From: Opitutales bacterium
Lineage (GTDB): Bacteria; Verrucomicrobiota; Verrucomicrobiia; Opitutales; UBA2987
Length of the DNA stretch: 64,000 nt
Direction: 5' to 3'
NCBI GenBank assembly: GCA_965226885.1
Contig: CBDDEL010000016.1
Location: forward strand, 672,001 to 736,000
Shown in pieces: positions 35,114 to 45,779 of the stretch. The notes beneath the pieces were generated by a model. That model had not been told where the DNA came from, did not search any database, and saw only the letters and a program-made list of their open reading frames with translations. A program made the translations under genes and the position numbers. The first letter of the stretch is position 1; each line of letters opens with the position of its first letter.

Positions 35114-38100
35114 GAGGCTGTCCCAAAAGGGTGATTTTTGCGAGGGCTTTTGATAGGCGCTCATTTTAGAGGTATTTGCATTTGGGAGAGTATCAACTTT
35201 GCTCTCCTATGACGTTAGGATACTGGTTTTGGGGTCCGGTTGCCTGGTTTTCTTTGTATGAGCCGACAGTACGGCTGTGAAAAAGTATTGTCCTTGCTTT
35301 TCCGCTCTCTAGCCCGGATATTTCATGAAGGGTAAAGTTTGGCTCGTTATTGCTATTGGAGATGGATTTCTTTGTATTTTGAGCAGATCGTCTTGATTTT
35401 TAGGTGTTTTTCAGGGTGTAGAGACACTGCCCCCTTTCCCCCATTGGTTCGGTAGTGCCGGGGGCAGCACCAATGCACCCTTTAGGTTGGCACCAATCGG
35501 CGGGCCGCATGGTTGAAAAGACTGGCCCAAGGATAACTCTCACTTAGGTGAAAGTGAATCGTTCGGGTGTTGCGCACGATGACCGCTCCGATCTTGATTA
35601 ATTTGAGCCGCAGGGTGTGGCATTGGGCCCGCGCCCACTTCGTCCCTTTTAAGGCTAACCGGCGCATGGCTTCCATCAAGGTGTAGGCCAGCGCCGACAA
35701 GAGCAATCGGCACTGATTGGCCCACCATTGATGGGCGCTGGTGCGCTCGCTGAACAATTGCATCTGTTCCTTGATGCGGTTCTCCATTTCACCGCGGCCA
35801 CAGTATACCTTGTCGTAAAGCTCCTGGGGATCGCCCGGCAGGTTCGTCACCACGAAGCGCGGGTTGGACCCCTGTGCGGTGTGTTCGGCTTTATGGATGA
35901 CCAACCGCAGCCATCGCCACGAATCGGCAGCATAGACGAAGTCCTGGAATAACCGTTGTTTTTCACCCCTTAGTTCGAACCATTCTTTGGCCTGCTTTTG
36001 CAACTGCTGGGCGTCTTGCTGCAAGCGTGCATTGCGAGCCATCCCCACGATGTAACTAACTTCGTTGCGGTCGCACCAAGAGAGTATCCGGTCTCGACAA
36101 AATCCACTGTCGGCGCGCCAAATAATCCGCGTACGGGGCCAGCTTTGGCGCATCCGTTTAACCAGCAATTTGAGGATGGCCCCGGCATGCTTGCTGGCAT
36201 CGATCTTGCTCGGCCGCAGGTAGGCCACCAGCAGCTGATCACCGCAAAAAACATATAGCGGCAGAAAACAGTAATGATCATAATAACCGTGGAAAAAACG
36301 TCCCTCCTGGAGCCCGTGCACCGGATTGTCGGTGGCGTCAAAGTCCAGGATGATCTCTTCGGGTTCCTCGGCAAAGGAGCCCATGAACTGTTCGACCAAC
36401 AGCTCGTTTACCGCAAAGGCCGCCCGCCGATCCTGCCCGTTTTCAAAACGACACAAAGTCGGCGCGCTGGCCAACGTTTCAATGCGCCCCGTTACCGTTT
36501 GCAACAATGGATCGTGGCGCAGGGTATCAAAGTCGTTCAAATCCTCATAGCCCGCCACCAGCCCGTAAACGCGCTGCCGCAGCATCCCCAATACCTCATG
36601 GCGTACTTTGCCCTTCTGCCGTTTGTCCACTAACTGTCGGGCCGCTCGTTCGGTCAAGCCCAACTGCCGATCCACTTCCCGGATCAAAAGCAGTCCGGCA
36701 TCCGAAGTAACCTCTCCGCCCTTGAAATCAACCCGCACACGGCGGCCTTTTACCCTTGTCAACTGTAGCTTTAATTGTTTACCTTTTGTCATCGCTGATA
36801 TTGCTTTAATTATTGATCTATCCTGCTGTATATCAGCAGTTAAGCATATCAACGATACTTTTTTTACGAAATATCCGGGCTAGGCCGCCGCTTTGGTTTT
36901 TAGTTCGTCTTGCTGGGCCAGCATCTTGGCTACTTTCCATAGGTTGTGCGAGAGTACCGACCAGGCTACGCTGATCGAGCGGTTGGCAAAGCCTTTGCTG
37001 CGCAACCGCCCGGCCTGCCAGCGATTCTTCAATACCCCGATCCGCCCTTCGGTGCTGGCCCGGCGCTTTTGCAATTGTCTGAACAGTGGTTCCTCCCTCC
37101 GTTTTTTCAACTGCTTCGGATCGCGTGGACAGAGCGCGTCGTAGATTCCCTCCTGGGCTAACTGCCGGCGGGCCCGCTGGGAGGCAAATCCCCGGTCCGC
37201 GCACATGGCCGCTATGGGTTCTTCCAGGTTGAAGCGGTTCTGTCTTTGCAAACTCTCTTGCATTTGTTCATTTTCGCTTGGAGTTCGGCTGCCGTAGAGT
37301 TTCCAGTCCAGCAGGTACCCTTCAACGCTTTCTCCCAAAAACAGGGTGTTGCCGAACTCGACCTCTTGGCCCGCTTTACCTCGCACAATCACCTGCCCAT
37401 CGAGTTCGTAAACACTCAAGACTTTCTCTGCGTTTTTCACCTGCCGGCCGCCAATGATCCGCTCGTGCGCCTGTTTGATGACCACCGGGATTTGCTCGCT
37501 CATGCGCTCCATCCGGGCGAGGATCTGTTGGACCTGTTTTTCGCTGTAATCGCTTTGCTCCCAGCAGGCTTGCAATAATTCCCGGTGACTGCGGGCATGC
37601 TCCCCGATCCGTTTGAGCAGCTTTTTCATCTGCCTCAAGATACCCTTGCGCTGCCGCGCGCTGTCCTTTCGCCGCCGGCTGTGGGTCATCTGTATGCACA
37701 GCCGATTCATCTGCCGAGCCAAGGGCTCCGGTTCGATCGGCATGCGATGGCGCAAACCGGCCTTCTCGCGGATCAGCCGGATCGCTTTGAGCAACGTGCC
37801 GGCTACATCCTTGAGTAATACCCAGTCCGTCGGCCAATGAATGTTAGCCTCCAAACAGGTGCCGTCGATCAGGCAAATGGTGGTGTCAATCGGCTTGTCC
37901 AATCCCACCTGCCGGGCCAGAAGGGCATCGCCCACCACCTCAGTCAAGGTCCGGTGCAAGGCCCTCAACTGCTCTTCGCTGAAAAACTTCGAGGCCCGCT
38001 CCAGGGTGCTTTTGGAGATGCCCCTGATGCCATCGATCTGCCGGACACGGCAAAAGTCGGCCAACAGATCGCTGCTGCCCAGAGCCCGCGACAAATGCCG

Positions 38101-38513
38101 AAACGAAATCCCTCCGAGCAGACGGCCCAGCGTATCCATGCGCAGTGCCTTGATGGCAAAACTGGCCCGCTGCCGCCGGGCCTTTAGACCCATTGGCGGC
38201 CACCCCTCCAAGGCCAGCTCAATGGCCTGCGATTCCACCTCCGAGTCGATCAGCAGCCGATCGATTCGATCAATGGTGGCGCGGAAGTTATCGTAATCGA
38301 GGCACCCACCGGTCGACCACAGTTAAAGCTGGACGCAGGAGGCATTGGATGGCTATATTTTTCATAGAAAGGGCTAAAGGGCTATATTGATTTTCGCTAA
38401 CTCAATTATAGAACCCTTTTTTGGCCGGATCGAGCAAAAACTTGCTCTTTCCGGCTCTTTTTATCAACGTCATCCAGTTGACTATAAAATCTTTATATTT
38501 TTGGGACAGCCTC
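35114..38513 (-). mobile_element. IS5/ISNCY-like IS, copy 2, with nested IS1380
   Basis: Same IRs; transposase 36880..38365 with a 4-bp duplication at 38303-38310; flanks TAGTTA vs TAATAT do not match. Confidence 0.9.
35313..36879 (-). mobile_element. IS1380-family IS, subtype A (transposase 35482..36852)
   Basis: TSD CTAG coincides with the TAG stop of the host IS transposase. Confidence 0.93.
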
Positions 38514-39226
38514 TAATATAGAGATGCGGCACCTCACAGTAGAAAACACTGGAGGGAAAGTCGCTATCGAGATTAACAATTCCAATGTTACAGTGTTCGA
38601 TGTCAATGCCTCATCCACCAATGGAACCGGCACCGATAATACCGCCATAAAAATACATGGCGGAGGCACCTCCGTAAGCACCTCCTTGTGCAAGGTTACT
38701 GCCTATGCCTATGGCTCGACACCCATAGGAATAGAATTTGATGACAACCTGGGGAAAATATTGGATTCGGATGTCACTGCGTTTGCCGGGAACGGTGGGG
38801 GCGGCGACACCGAAGCTATCGGGATTTTGATGAACGATTCCGCTACCACTCCCACCGGAGGCGGCAGCGCAACACTCACCAATGTGGATATAAACGCTAT
38901 CGGCGGAACCCTCTCCAGTGTGGGTTTGAGACTGGATGATCTCTCTTCAGTTATTTTTAAGGATGGCACAGCGTTTGGAGACGACTTCGGATTGAATTAA
39001 TTTCCGCCTCCGGGACGAACATCACTATTATCAACAGCCAAATTACGGGTGGTTTCGAATCCCTCAGCCACAACGATGAAATAGTCAACGTGGTCCACTC
39101 GCAGTTGTCACCCCCTGCTAATTTGTTTACTGGACATCAAGTTACACAAACAAGTTGCTACGACGATCTGTTCTTGCCCCTGCCAGATGAAGGGGAGCCT
39201 TTTTAGAAAGCATATCAATATACTTA

Positions 39227-40174
39227 TCACCGCTGCCGGGCAGTCCAGTGGCGGAGGGAGGCGAGGAGGAAGAATTCGAGGGCTACGCCGTCGGAGAGGT
39301 TGATTTCAACCAGCCCGGCGACACGTTCGAGGCTTGCTACGGCCCCGGCCAGCGCTGGGTAGGGAAGGTCTTGGCCCGCTTCCATTTTTTGGGCGAAAAA
39401 TGCCCGGGTGTGAACTTCGATTTCCCGGAAGAGCCGCTGGCGGACGCCTTTAGCCAGGCCCGTTTTGGAGGCATCGATCTCTTCATCGCTTATTCCAACC
39501 GGCAGCCTTTCTTTTTCATCACTCCAGGCGGCATCGGCGAGAGTTTTTTGCAGGTTGAGAAAACGGGTCAGGAGACCGTAGATGGCCAGCACCATATCGG
39601 CTTTGTCCCTGCTGCCGGAGGGTCCGGCCAGCAAGCTGTCGAGCCATTTTTTGTAATCGTGCAGCCAGTTCGCCCATTCCGCCCCAGCCAACGATTCCAC
39701 CTCGACCGGCAGTCGGAAGCTGAAGGTCCTGCTGCGAATGGTTTCGAGGAGGTTGTAAGGACGGGTGGTGAGGAGCAGGATGTTGGTGTCGGCGGGCGGT
39801 TCCTCGAGGGTTTTCAAAAAGGCGTTGGCCGAGGCAGTGTTCATGCGGTCGGCCTCATAAACGAGGGCCACTTTTCGGCTCCCTTGGCTCGGGGTGTGAT
39901 GGATGGCCCGGATCAGCTCGCGAGTGACGTCGATGCGGATGCGGCGCGCTTTGCGGGAGGGGCGCAAGGTAAACAAATCGGGATGCCCGGAGGCTTTTCC
40001 CGGCGCTCCCAGCAAAACCCCGGCCAGGGCCAGGGCGACTTCCTCCAAAGTGGCCAGGCTTCTGCCGTGCAGGAGAATACCGTGGGCGAGGCGGTTTTTA
40101 TCGAGGGATCTCTGAAGAATTTTTACCGGCCGGCAGGAGCGCAGCGGCTCATCCAATTCGCTGAGTAAGTTCAT
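39227..40174 (-). CDS. holB: DNA polymerase III subunit delta'
   Basis: RLAHGILLHG, HPDL, ADRMN.ASANAFLKTLEEPP, TIRSR; follows tmk. Confidence 0.9.
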   Translation of the reverse strand: MNLLSELDEPLRSCRPVKILQRSLDKNRLAHGILLHGRSLATLEEVALALAGVLLGAPGKASGHPDLFTLRPSRKARRIRIDVTRELIRAIHHTPSQGSRKVALVYEADRMNTASANAFLKTLEEPPADTNILLLTTRPYNLLETIRSRTFSFRLPVEVESLAGAEWANWLHDYKKWLDSLLAGPSGSRDKADMVLAIYGLLTRFLNLQKTLADAAWSDEKERLPVGISDEEIDASKTGLAKGVRQRLFREIEVHTRAFFAQKMEAGQDLPYPALAGAVASLERVAGLVEINLSDGVALEFFLLASLRHWTARQR

Positions 40175-40910
40175 GCCAGAGTTTGTCTTCGATCCATTTG
40201 CGAGACCTGCTGCCATCGACCACGATGAAACGCTCCGGCAGGGCCTTGGCCAGGAGGAGGTAACCTTCCCGAACCTTGCGGTAGAAATCGATGGTTTCGC
40301 CCTCCATGCGGTCGGGCAGATCGGTGGTGCGGTGCTTGATGCGGGCAAACCCGGTTTCGGCGGGGATATCGAGAACCACCGTTATATCGGGCATGATATT
40401 TCCCACCGCAAAAGTGTTGATGATGTGAACCGGCTCGGCGGATATCTGCCGCCCCACTCCCTGATAGACGGTGGTGGAATCGAGAAAGCGGTCGCAGAGG
40501 ATGATCTTTCCTTTCGACAGTGAAGGGACGATCACTTCCCGCACCAATTGGGCCCGGCTGGCGGCAAAAAGGAGCAGCTCGGCCTCGGGGGTAATTTTTA
40601 TGCCGGCCGAGGCGTGCTTGAGCAGGTGGCGAATTTCCTCCCCAACCTCGGTTCCGCCCGGCTCACGGGTGCAGATGACCGGGTAGCCGGCATCCTCGAA
40701 ACGCGACGATAAACGGCTGATTTGGGAAGTCTTGCCGCTGCCTTCGGAGCCCTCGAAGGAGATGAGCAAGCCGCGTTTCTTCCTGCGGGGCTTCGTCCTT
40801 TTAACTTTGGCCTTGGCGGCGGCCGCAGTATTCTTTTTTGCCAGTTGGCGAGCTCGGGCCGAAGCCGATTTACCGGCTGTTTTGGAATCAGCTTTTTTTC
40901 TGGGTGGCAT
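40149..40910 (-). CDS. tmk: Thymidylate kinase with basic N-terminal extension
   Basis: SFEGSEGSGKTSQ, TREPGGT, LLFAASRAQ, CDRFLDST..YQG. Confidence 0.95.
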   Translation of the reverse strand: MPPRKKADSKTAGKSASARARQLAKKNTAAAAKAKVKRTKPRRKKRGLLISFEGSEGSGKTSQISRLSSRFEDAGYPVICTREPGGTEVGEEIRHLLKHASAGIKITPEAELLLFAASRAQLVREVIVPSLSKGKIILCDRFLDSTTVYQGVGRQISAEPVHIINTFAVGNIMPDITVVLDIPAETGFARIKHRTTDLPDRMEGETIDFYRKVREGYLLLAKALPERFIVVDGSRSRKWIEDKLWHELTQRIG

Positions 40911-40976
40911 AGTTAGTTTAATTTATTTTAAAAAATCAGAAGCGGAAACATCAATCAACAGAATTCCACTTTGAAT

Positions 40977-42089
40977 TTAGAAATTGCGGATAAAGTTTTC
41001 GATTTCAAACAGAGACGGGCTTCTGCCATTGCGAACGTAGAATCCGGATGCGGCCACCGCCACCGTGAGACAGGCGGGCGGGCTCAAACCAATGATCTGG
41101 GCGACCGCATAGCCGGCATTGAAGTGATCGCCGGCGCCGGTTTCTATGGCCGGTTTTTCCACAAATGGGCCAGGCGTCCACCAGGCGTCTCCTTTATCGG
41201 CACAGGCGGCGGAATCTCTGGGATGAATGACGACGGTGGGAAGATCAAGATTCTGGCAGAGGCGTTGGGCCATGGTTTTGAGGCCATCCTCATTCGGTTC
41301 GAGGGGTTTGTGTCCGCATAGCTGAAAAACACGTTGCGCTTCCTTGAGGTTAAGGCCCAGAGTGACGTGCCCGTGATGGCAAAAGCGCTTGATGGTTGCC
41401 AATACGCTTTGCACATCGCCATCGGTGCGACTTTCGGGATCGGCAAGATCGAAATAAAAAAATCGTCCCCCTTCCCTTGGTCCGAGATTAGGCAAGATTT
41501 TTTCCACAATGGATGTAAAAATAGCCGTCATTTGGGGGATCATGGTCCAATTTACCAAAGCCACTAGGTTGGCCCGGGAAATCGCGTCAATAAAGGGTCC
41601 CTCCCCCACCGCGTTGAGAATTTCCCGGTAACTGATGGCCTCCAAAGAGGAGGATTCAGCGAACATGATCTTGCCATCTTCGAATTCGACGGCATTGGTC
41701 AGGCCGGGTTGGCAGAGTGAAACGGCCTCGGTGCGTGCGGCCAGTTCTTTAAAAACAGGATGCACATCGGGGTGCCCCAGAGAACCGATATATTTCACGT
41801 TCATCCCCGCCTGCAAGAGAGCATGGGCCAAAATGGGGCCGTTGCCGCCCAATTTTTCCGTCTCCCGGTAAAGTTCGATATTGGTGCTCTTGCTCGCCGC
41901 CGCCGCGATGCGTTGGGCAAACTTCTCGATGGTGAGTATGGGGCTGAAGTTCTTCCCCCGCCCGACACGACGATCCACCGCGGACATTATCCTGTCAACG
42001 AATCCATCGAACCCAACGAGCGCCGATTTACCCGAGACGAGGCCGCTTTTTCGAGCCAGTTCCTCAAGAGTTTTCGTTTTGTAGTTCAT
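40977..42089 (-). CDS. PfkB-family carbohydrate kinase
   Basis: LGGNG N-terminal and TGAGDHFNAG C-terminal signatures. Confidence 0.85.
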   Translation of the reverse strand: MNYKTKTLEELARKSGLVSGKSALVGFDGFVDRIMSAVDRRVGRGKNFSPILTIEKFAQRIAAAASKSTNIELYRETEKLGGNGPILAHALLQAGMNVKYIGSLGHPDVHPVFKELAARTEAVSLCQPGLTNAVEFEDGKIMFAESSSLEAISYREILNAVGEGPFIDAISRANLVALVNWTMIPQMTAIFTSIVEKILPNLGPREGGRFFYFDLADPESRTDGDVQSVLATIKRFCHHGHVTLGLNLKEAQRVFQLCGHKPLEPNEDGLKTMAQRLCQNLDLPTVVIHPRDSAACADKGDAWWTPGPFVEKPAIETGAGDHFNAGYAVAQIIGLSPPACLTVAVAASGFYVRNGRSPSLFEIENFIRNF

Positions 42090-42295
42090 TAAATCAGGAC
42101 GATCATGCAAATGATTGCTGTATGTTGTGAAATGACTTCGCCATGGGCAACCTTTAACGAGCACGGATGCCAATTATCGGAAAAGAAGACGCTTCTTCTT
42201 TTCTAATCGAGAAAAAAATGTCCGCATAAAGCATTCAGGTTTGCCAAAGACGCTTCCTCCTTTCGTTAATAGTCCAAGACAACACAACATAACAC

Positions 42296-43051
42296 ATGGC
42301 AATGAGCCTCGGAATCAACATCTACTACAGTATGGCGGCCGCGGACCTTGGGGGAACGGGCGTGTGGACTTATTTTCAACACTCCAACACGGCCGGGAAA
42401 TGCATCGTCATCGCCCTGATACTTTTCAGTTTGCTGGCCTGGACCGTGATGATCGGAAAATACCTGGAGCTTTCCCGGCTGCGGGAGATGAATCGCAACC
42501 TGGAAAAAAGGCTGGGCGAGGATCACTCAATCCTCAATCTGAAACGCCCTTTTTGGCAAGACGTGCGCGGCCCTTATGCGGAATTGATGCGCACGGCGAT
42601 GGATGCCTATTATCTCACGGATTCCAGAGGGGCTTCCCAAGCAGCTCATATCGGCCATGTGGAAAATGCCCTCCAGCGCGGGGTTGCTCAGGCGGCCATG
42701 ACCTACGAAAGCAAGATGGTCCTGCTCGGCTCCATTGTCACTGGGGCGCCTTTTCTGGGTCTTTTGGGGACGGTGTGGGGTGTCATGGATGCCTTCGGCA
42801 ACATCGCCTTGAAAAACACAGCTAGTATTCAAATGCTGGCCCCGGGAGTGTCGGGTGCGCTCCTCACCACGGTGGCGGCTTTGCTTGTGGCCATCCCTTC
42901 AGTTTTCGGTTATAATTTTTTGCTCACCCAAAGCAAAATCGCCATTACCGAAGTGGAGAATTTTGCCAGTTCCCTGGCCGACCGGATCGAAATCGAGGCG
43001 ATCGAAATGGAAAATGAGCCGGGTGTGGAACCCTTAACCCTGGATCGCTGA
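42296..43051 (+). CDS. MotA/TolQ/ExbB proton channel
   Basis: APFLGLLGTVWGVM, APGVSGALLTT..L.VAIP. Confidence 0.92.
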   Translation: MAMSLGINIYYSMAAADLGGTGVWTYFQHSNTAGKCIVIALILFSLLAWTVMIGKYLELSRLREMNRNLEKRLGEDHSILNLKRPFWQDVRGPYAELMRTAMDAYYLTDSRGASQAAHIGHVENALQRGVAQAAMTYESKMVLLGSIVTGAPFLGLLGTVWGVMDAFGNIALKNTASIQMLAPGVSGALLTTVAALLVAIPSVFGYNFLLTQSKIAITEVENFASSLADRIEIEAIEMENEPGVEPLTLDR

Positions 43052-43081
43052 GAAGAAAGGCCGACCGGAATCCGGCATCGT

Positions 43082-43507
43082 ATGGCACGCACATTCAAAC
43101 GAAAAGAGCGCCTGAGCGCTTTGTCCGAGATCAACGTCACGCCCTTGATCGATCTGGCTTTCGCCTTGCTCATAATATTTATGATCACGACCCCTCTGCT
43201 GGAGCAATCGATCTCCCTGGAACTTCCGGTGGAATCGCCTAAAACCCAGGATCAATCCGACCAACCTCGATTTCAAACCATATCCATCGACGGGCAAGGA
43301 ATCTATTATTGGAACACCCGGCCCGTTACGCTTGTTGAATTATCGGGTTTGCTGGAAAATTTATCGAGGCAGCCCAAACCGGCGGTTTTAAACATTCGGG
43401 CAGATGCCTCATTGCCCTACCAGAAAGTCATTTCACTCATCGACCTGATCGAGGAAAACCATCTGTCGGAAATCAGCCTCGACACCCAGGTGGGCAACCC
43501 GCCATGA
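43082..43507 (+). CDS. TolR/ExbD protein
   Basis: EINVTPLIDL...LLIIFMITTP, IRAD. Confidence 0.92.
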   Translation: MARTFKRKERLSALSEINVTPLIDLAFALLIIFMITTPLLEQSISLELPVESPKTQDQSDQPRFQTISIDGQGIYYWNTRPVTLVELSGLLENLSRQPKPAVLNIRADASLPYQKVISLIDLIEENHLSEISLDTQVGNPP

Positions 43508-44271
43508 ACATTCATTCGAAAAAAGGCCTTTATTATTCGGCCCTCATTCACGGACTGGTTTTGCTCTTGCTGGTGGCGGGAACTTTTTTAAGCGCCTTCC
43601 AGAAGCACCCCGAACCGCACGTTTTTCATTTGCAGGCGCCGCCCTCGAATGTTTCGCGAGAGATGCCGCCCAATTACGAACCGGCCTTGCCCTTCACGGT
43701 CGAGCTGCCCTCGCTGGAAAGCGCCCAGCCATTGCCAAAACCGCCGCCCAGACAAAAGCCGGTTGCAAAGGTGAGTAAACCGGCACCCAAACCAGCGGCC
43801 AAACCCATGTCTCACGATCAGTTTGTGAAGAATTACGACCAGCCCAAACCGAGGAAACGAGCAAGGCCCCCGGTCAGTAAAAAGAATCCACCGGTTGTGC
43901 AAAAAATTGATGTAAAGAGTATCCGCGAAGACCTGAACAGAAATCTAACCGGCCTCAACTTCAATACCCAAGACCGCGCCGTCTCCGCTGTAGAGCAGAA
44001 CCGGCTGAAGGCTTTTCAAAACAATATCTACGAGCTGCTCGACCAGGCCTGGAGAAAACCTAAAAACCTTTCCGGGGCCCAATATACGGCCACCGTCCGT
44101 TTTATGGTAACGGTGGAGGGCGGCATTCTTTTCCAGGAATTTTTAAAACCATCCGGGAACGAAATTTTCGATTCTTCGGTCCGCGCCGCCTTCTCGCAGG
44201 CCGGAGCGGCGGAAAGCCCACCTTGGGGAGAACCGGCGCAAATGGTGCTAACATTTCGATTGATCGAGTAA
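43504..44271 (+). CDS. TolA/TonB-like energy transducer
   Basis: N-terminal TM with S..IH motif, Pro/Lys linker, C-terminal SGN..FD.S domain. Confidence 0.85.
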   Translation: MNIHSKKGLYYSALIHGLVLLLLVAGTFLSAFQKHPEPHVFHLQAPPSNVSREMPPNYEPALPFTVELPSLESAQPLPKPPPRQKPVAKVSKPAPKPAAKPMSHDQFVKNYDQPKPRKRARPPVSKKNPPVVQKIDVKSIREDLNRNLTGLNFNTQDRAVSAVEQNRLKAFQNNIYELLDQAWRKPKNLSGAQYTATVRFMVTVEGGILFQEFLKPSGNEIFDSSVRAAFSQAGAAESPPWGEPAQMVLTFRLIE

Positions 44272-44296
44272 GGCCGTTTCTCCGGCAAAAACAGGC

Positions 44297-45699
44297 ATGA
44301 ATCTTTCTGGAAGTGAAATTCTCCTCGTTGAAGACGAGCCTTTGCTGCGCAAACGCCTGGGGCTGCCACTTTGGAAAGCTGGCAAGCCGATGTCGTAGCG
44401 GTCGGCTCGCTGGAGGATGCCCGGCGGGCTCTGCGAGATTTGTCCTTTGATTTTGCCCTGGTCGATATCAACCTGCCAGATGGGCAGGGTCTGGACCTGT
44501 TGCGCGAAAATCGATTTTCACCCAATACCGGTGTCGTTATTATGACGGCGGAGAACGGCGTCAAAAGCGCCGTCGAGGCCATGCGCCTGGGAGCGGGGGA
44601 TTACCTGGGTAAACCGTTCAATCATGAAGAGCTGCACATCGCCTTCGAGCGAAGCCGCCAGATTAAAAAATCCGCCCGCCTGCGCGAATATCGGCAGGAA
44701 GAGGAATCAAAAAACAAAGATATCTTTTTCTTCGGCCAAAGCCTGGCCGGGGTAAAAGGGCAAATGGAAAAAATCCTGCTGGCGGACCGGCGTTTGAAGG
44801 AGGGACTGCCGCCTGTCCTGATTGAAGGCGAGACCGGCACCGGGAAGACTTCCATTGCTCGGTGGCTGCATCAGGAAGGGCCCAGGAGAGACCAGCCGCT
44901 GGTCGAAATCAACTGCTCCTCCCTTCCCGAAACCCTCGCCGAATCGGAACTTTTTGGCCATGAAAAAGGCGCTTTCACGGACGCCCGCAGCACCCGTATA
45001 GGGCTCTTTGAAGCGGCTGACGGGGGCACCTTTTTTCTGGACGAAATTCCCAGCCTTTCCGCATCCATCCAGGCCAAAGTGCTGACCGCCCTGGAGGATG
45101 GAAAAATTCGACGGGTGGGCGGAACGCGGGAAATTCCGGTCAATATCCGTATCATTGCCGCCACCAACAAAGAACTCCGGAATTTGGTGGCGCGAGGAGA
45201 ATTCCGGGAAGACCTCTACCACCGGCTCGATTTATTGCGCCTGGGCATTCCGCCCTTGAGAGAAAGAGGAGGCGATATCCTCAAACTTTCAGAACAACTC
45301 CTGAAAAGACTGGCGGAACGCTACCGGATTGAAAAACCAACCATTTCGAAAATCGGCGCGGCGCGTTTGAGGCATTATCTATGGCCGGGAAATGTGCGCG
45401 AACTGGCCCATGAGCTGGAGCGATCCATCGTCCTGGGCGACGGCGGCGAACTTGAATTTTCACGACTGGAGACCGGGGTTGAACTTAACCCGAATTCTCC
45501 AGATGCAGCAACAGCGCCGAATGAATGGCTGGAGCCTGGCTGGGCGCTCCCGCCAAGCGGATTCAGTCTGGAAGAAGCGATCGACCGGCTGATCGCCTTG
45601 GCCCTCGAACAAACCAAGGGCAATGTCTCCTCTGCCGCCCGCCTGCTGGGGGTCAAGCGCGACTATATTCGCTATCGTCTTTCCGGCAAACGCCCTTGA
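44297..45699 (+). pseudogene. Sigma54-dependent response regulator with N-terminal frameshift
   Basis: MNLSGSEILLVEDEPLLRKRL is out of frame (extra GG near 44360) with the rest of REC; GETGTGKT, GAFTDA, WPGNVREL, Fis HTH. Confidence 0.82.
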
Positions 45700-45779
45700 C
45701 CGGCCAGGTGTAAAAAAAAGGGCCTATCTCGATCTTTTTGATAGGGGAAAAAAGAAAATGTAACTTCTCTAATTTTAAC

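Larger units (their letters stand above)
31721..39206 (+). pseudogene. Large secreted fibre/adhesin-like repeat protein, disrupted by several IS
   Basis: Signal peptide + VPGIINYQG domain; frame rejoins across IS1380 (DFAL-DADHA); repeats 33803-35113; beta-helix-like remnant 38514-39206 with a frameshift (its link to this gene is inferred). Confidence 0.7.

Noticed and set aside
33070..35169. 699-aa transposase-adhesin fusion
   Set aside because: Produced by frameshifts in the IS copy reading through its end into the split host gene
40175..40348. Long N-terminal extension of HolB
   Set aside because: Out-of-frame overlap with tmk; ATG at 40174 is the plausible start
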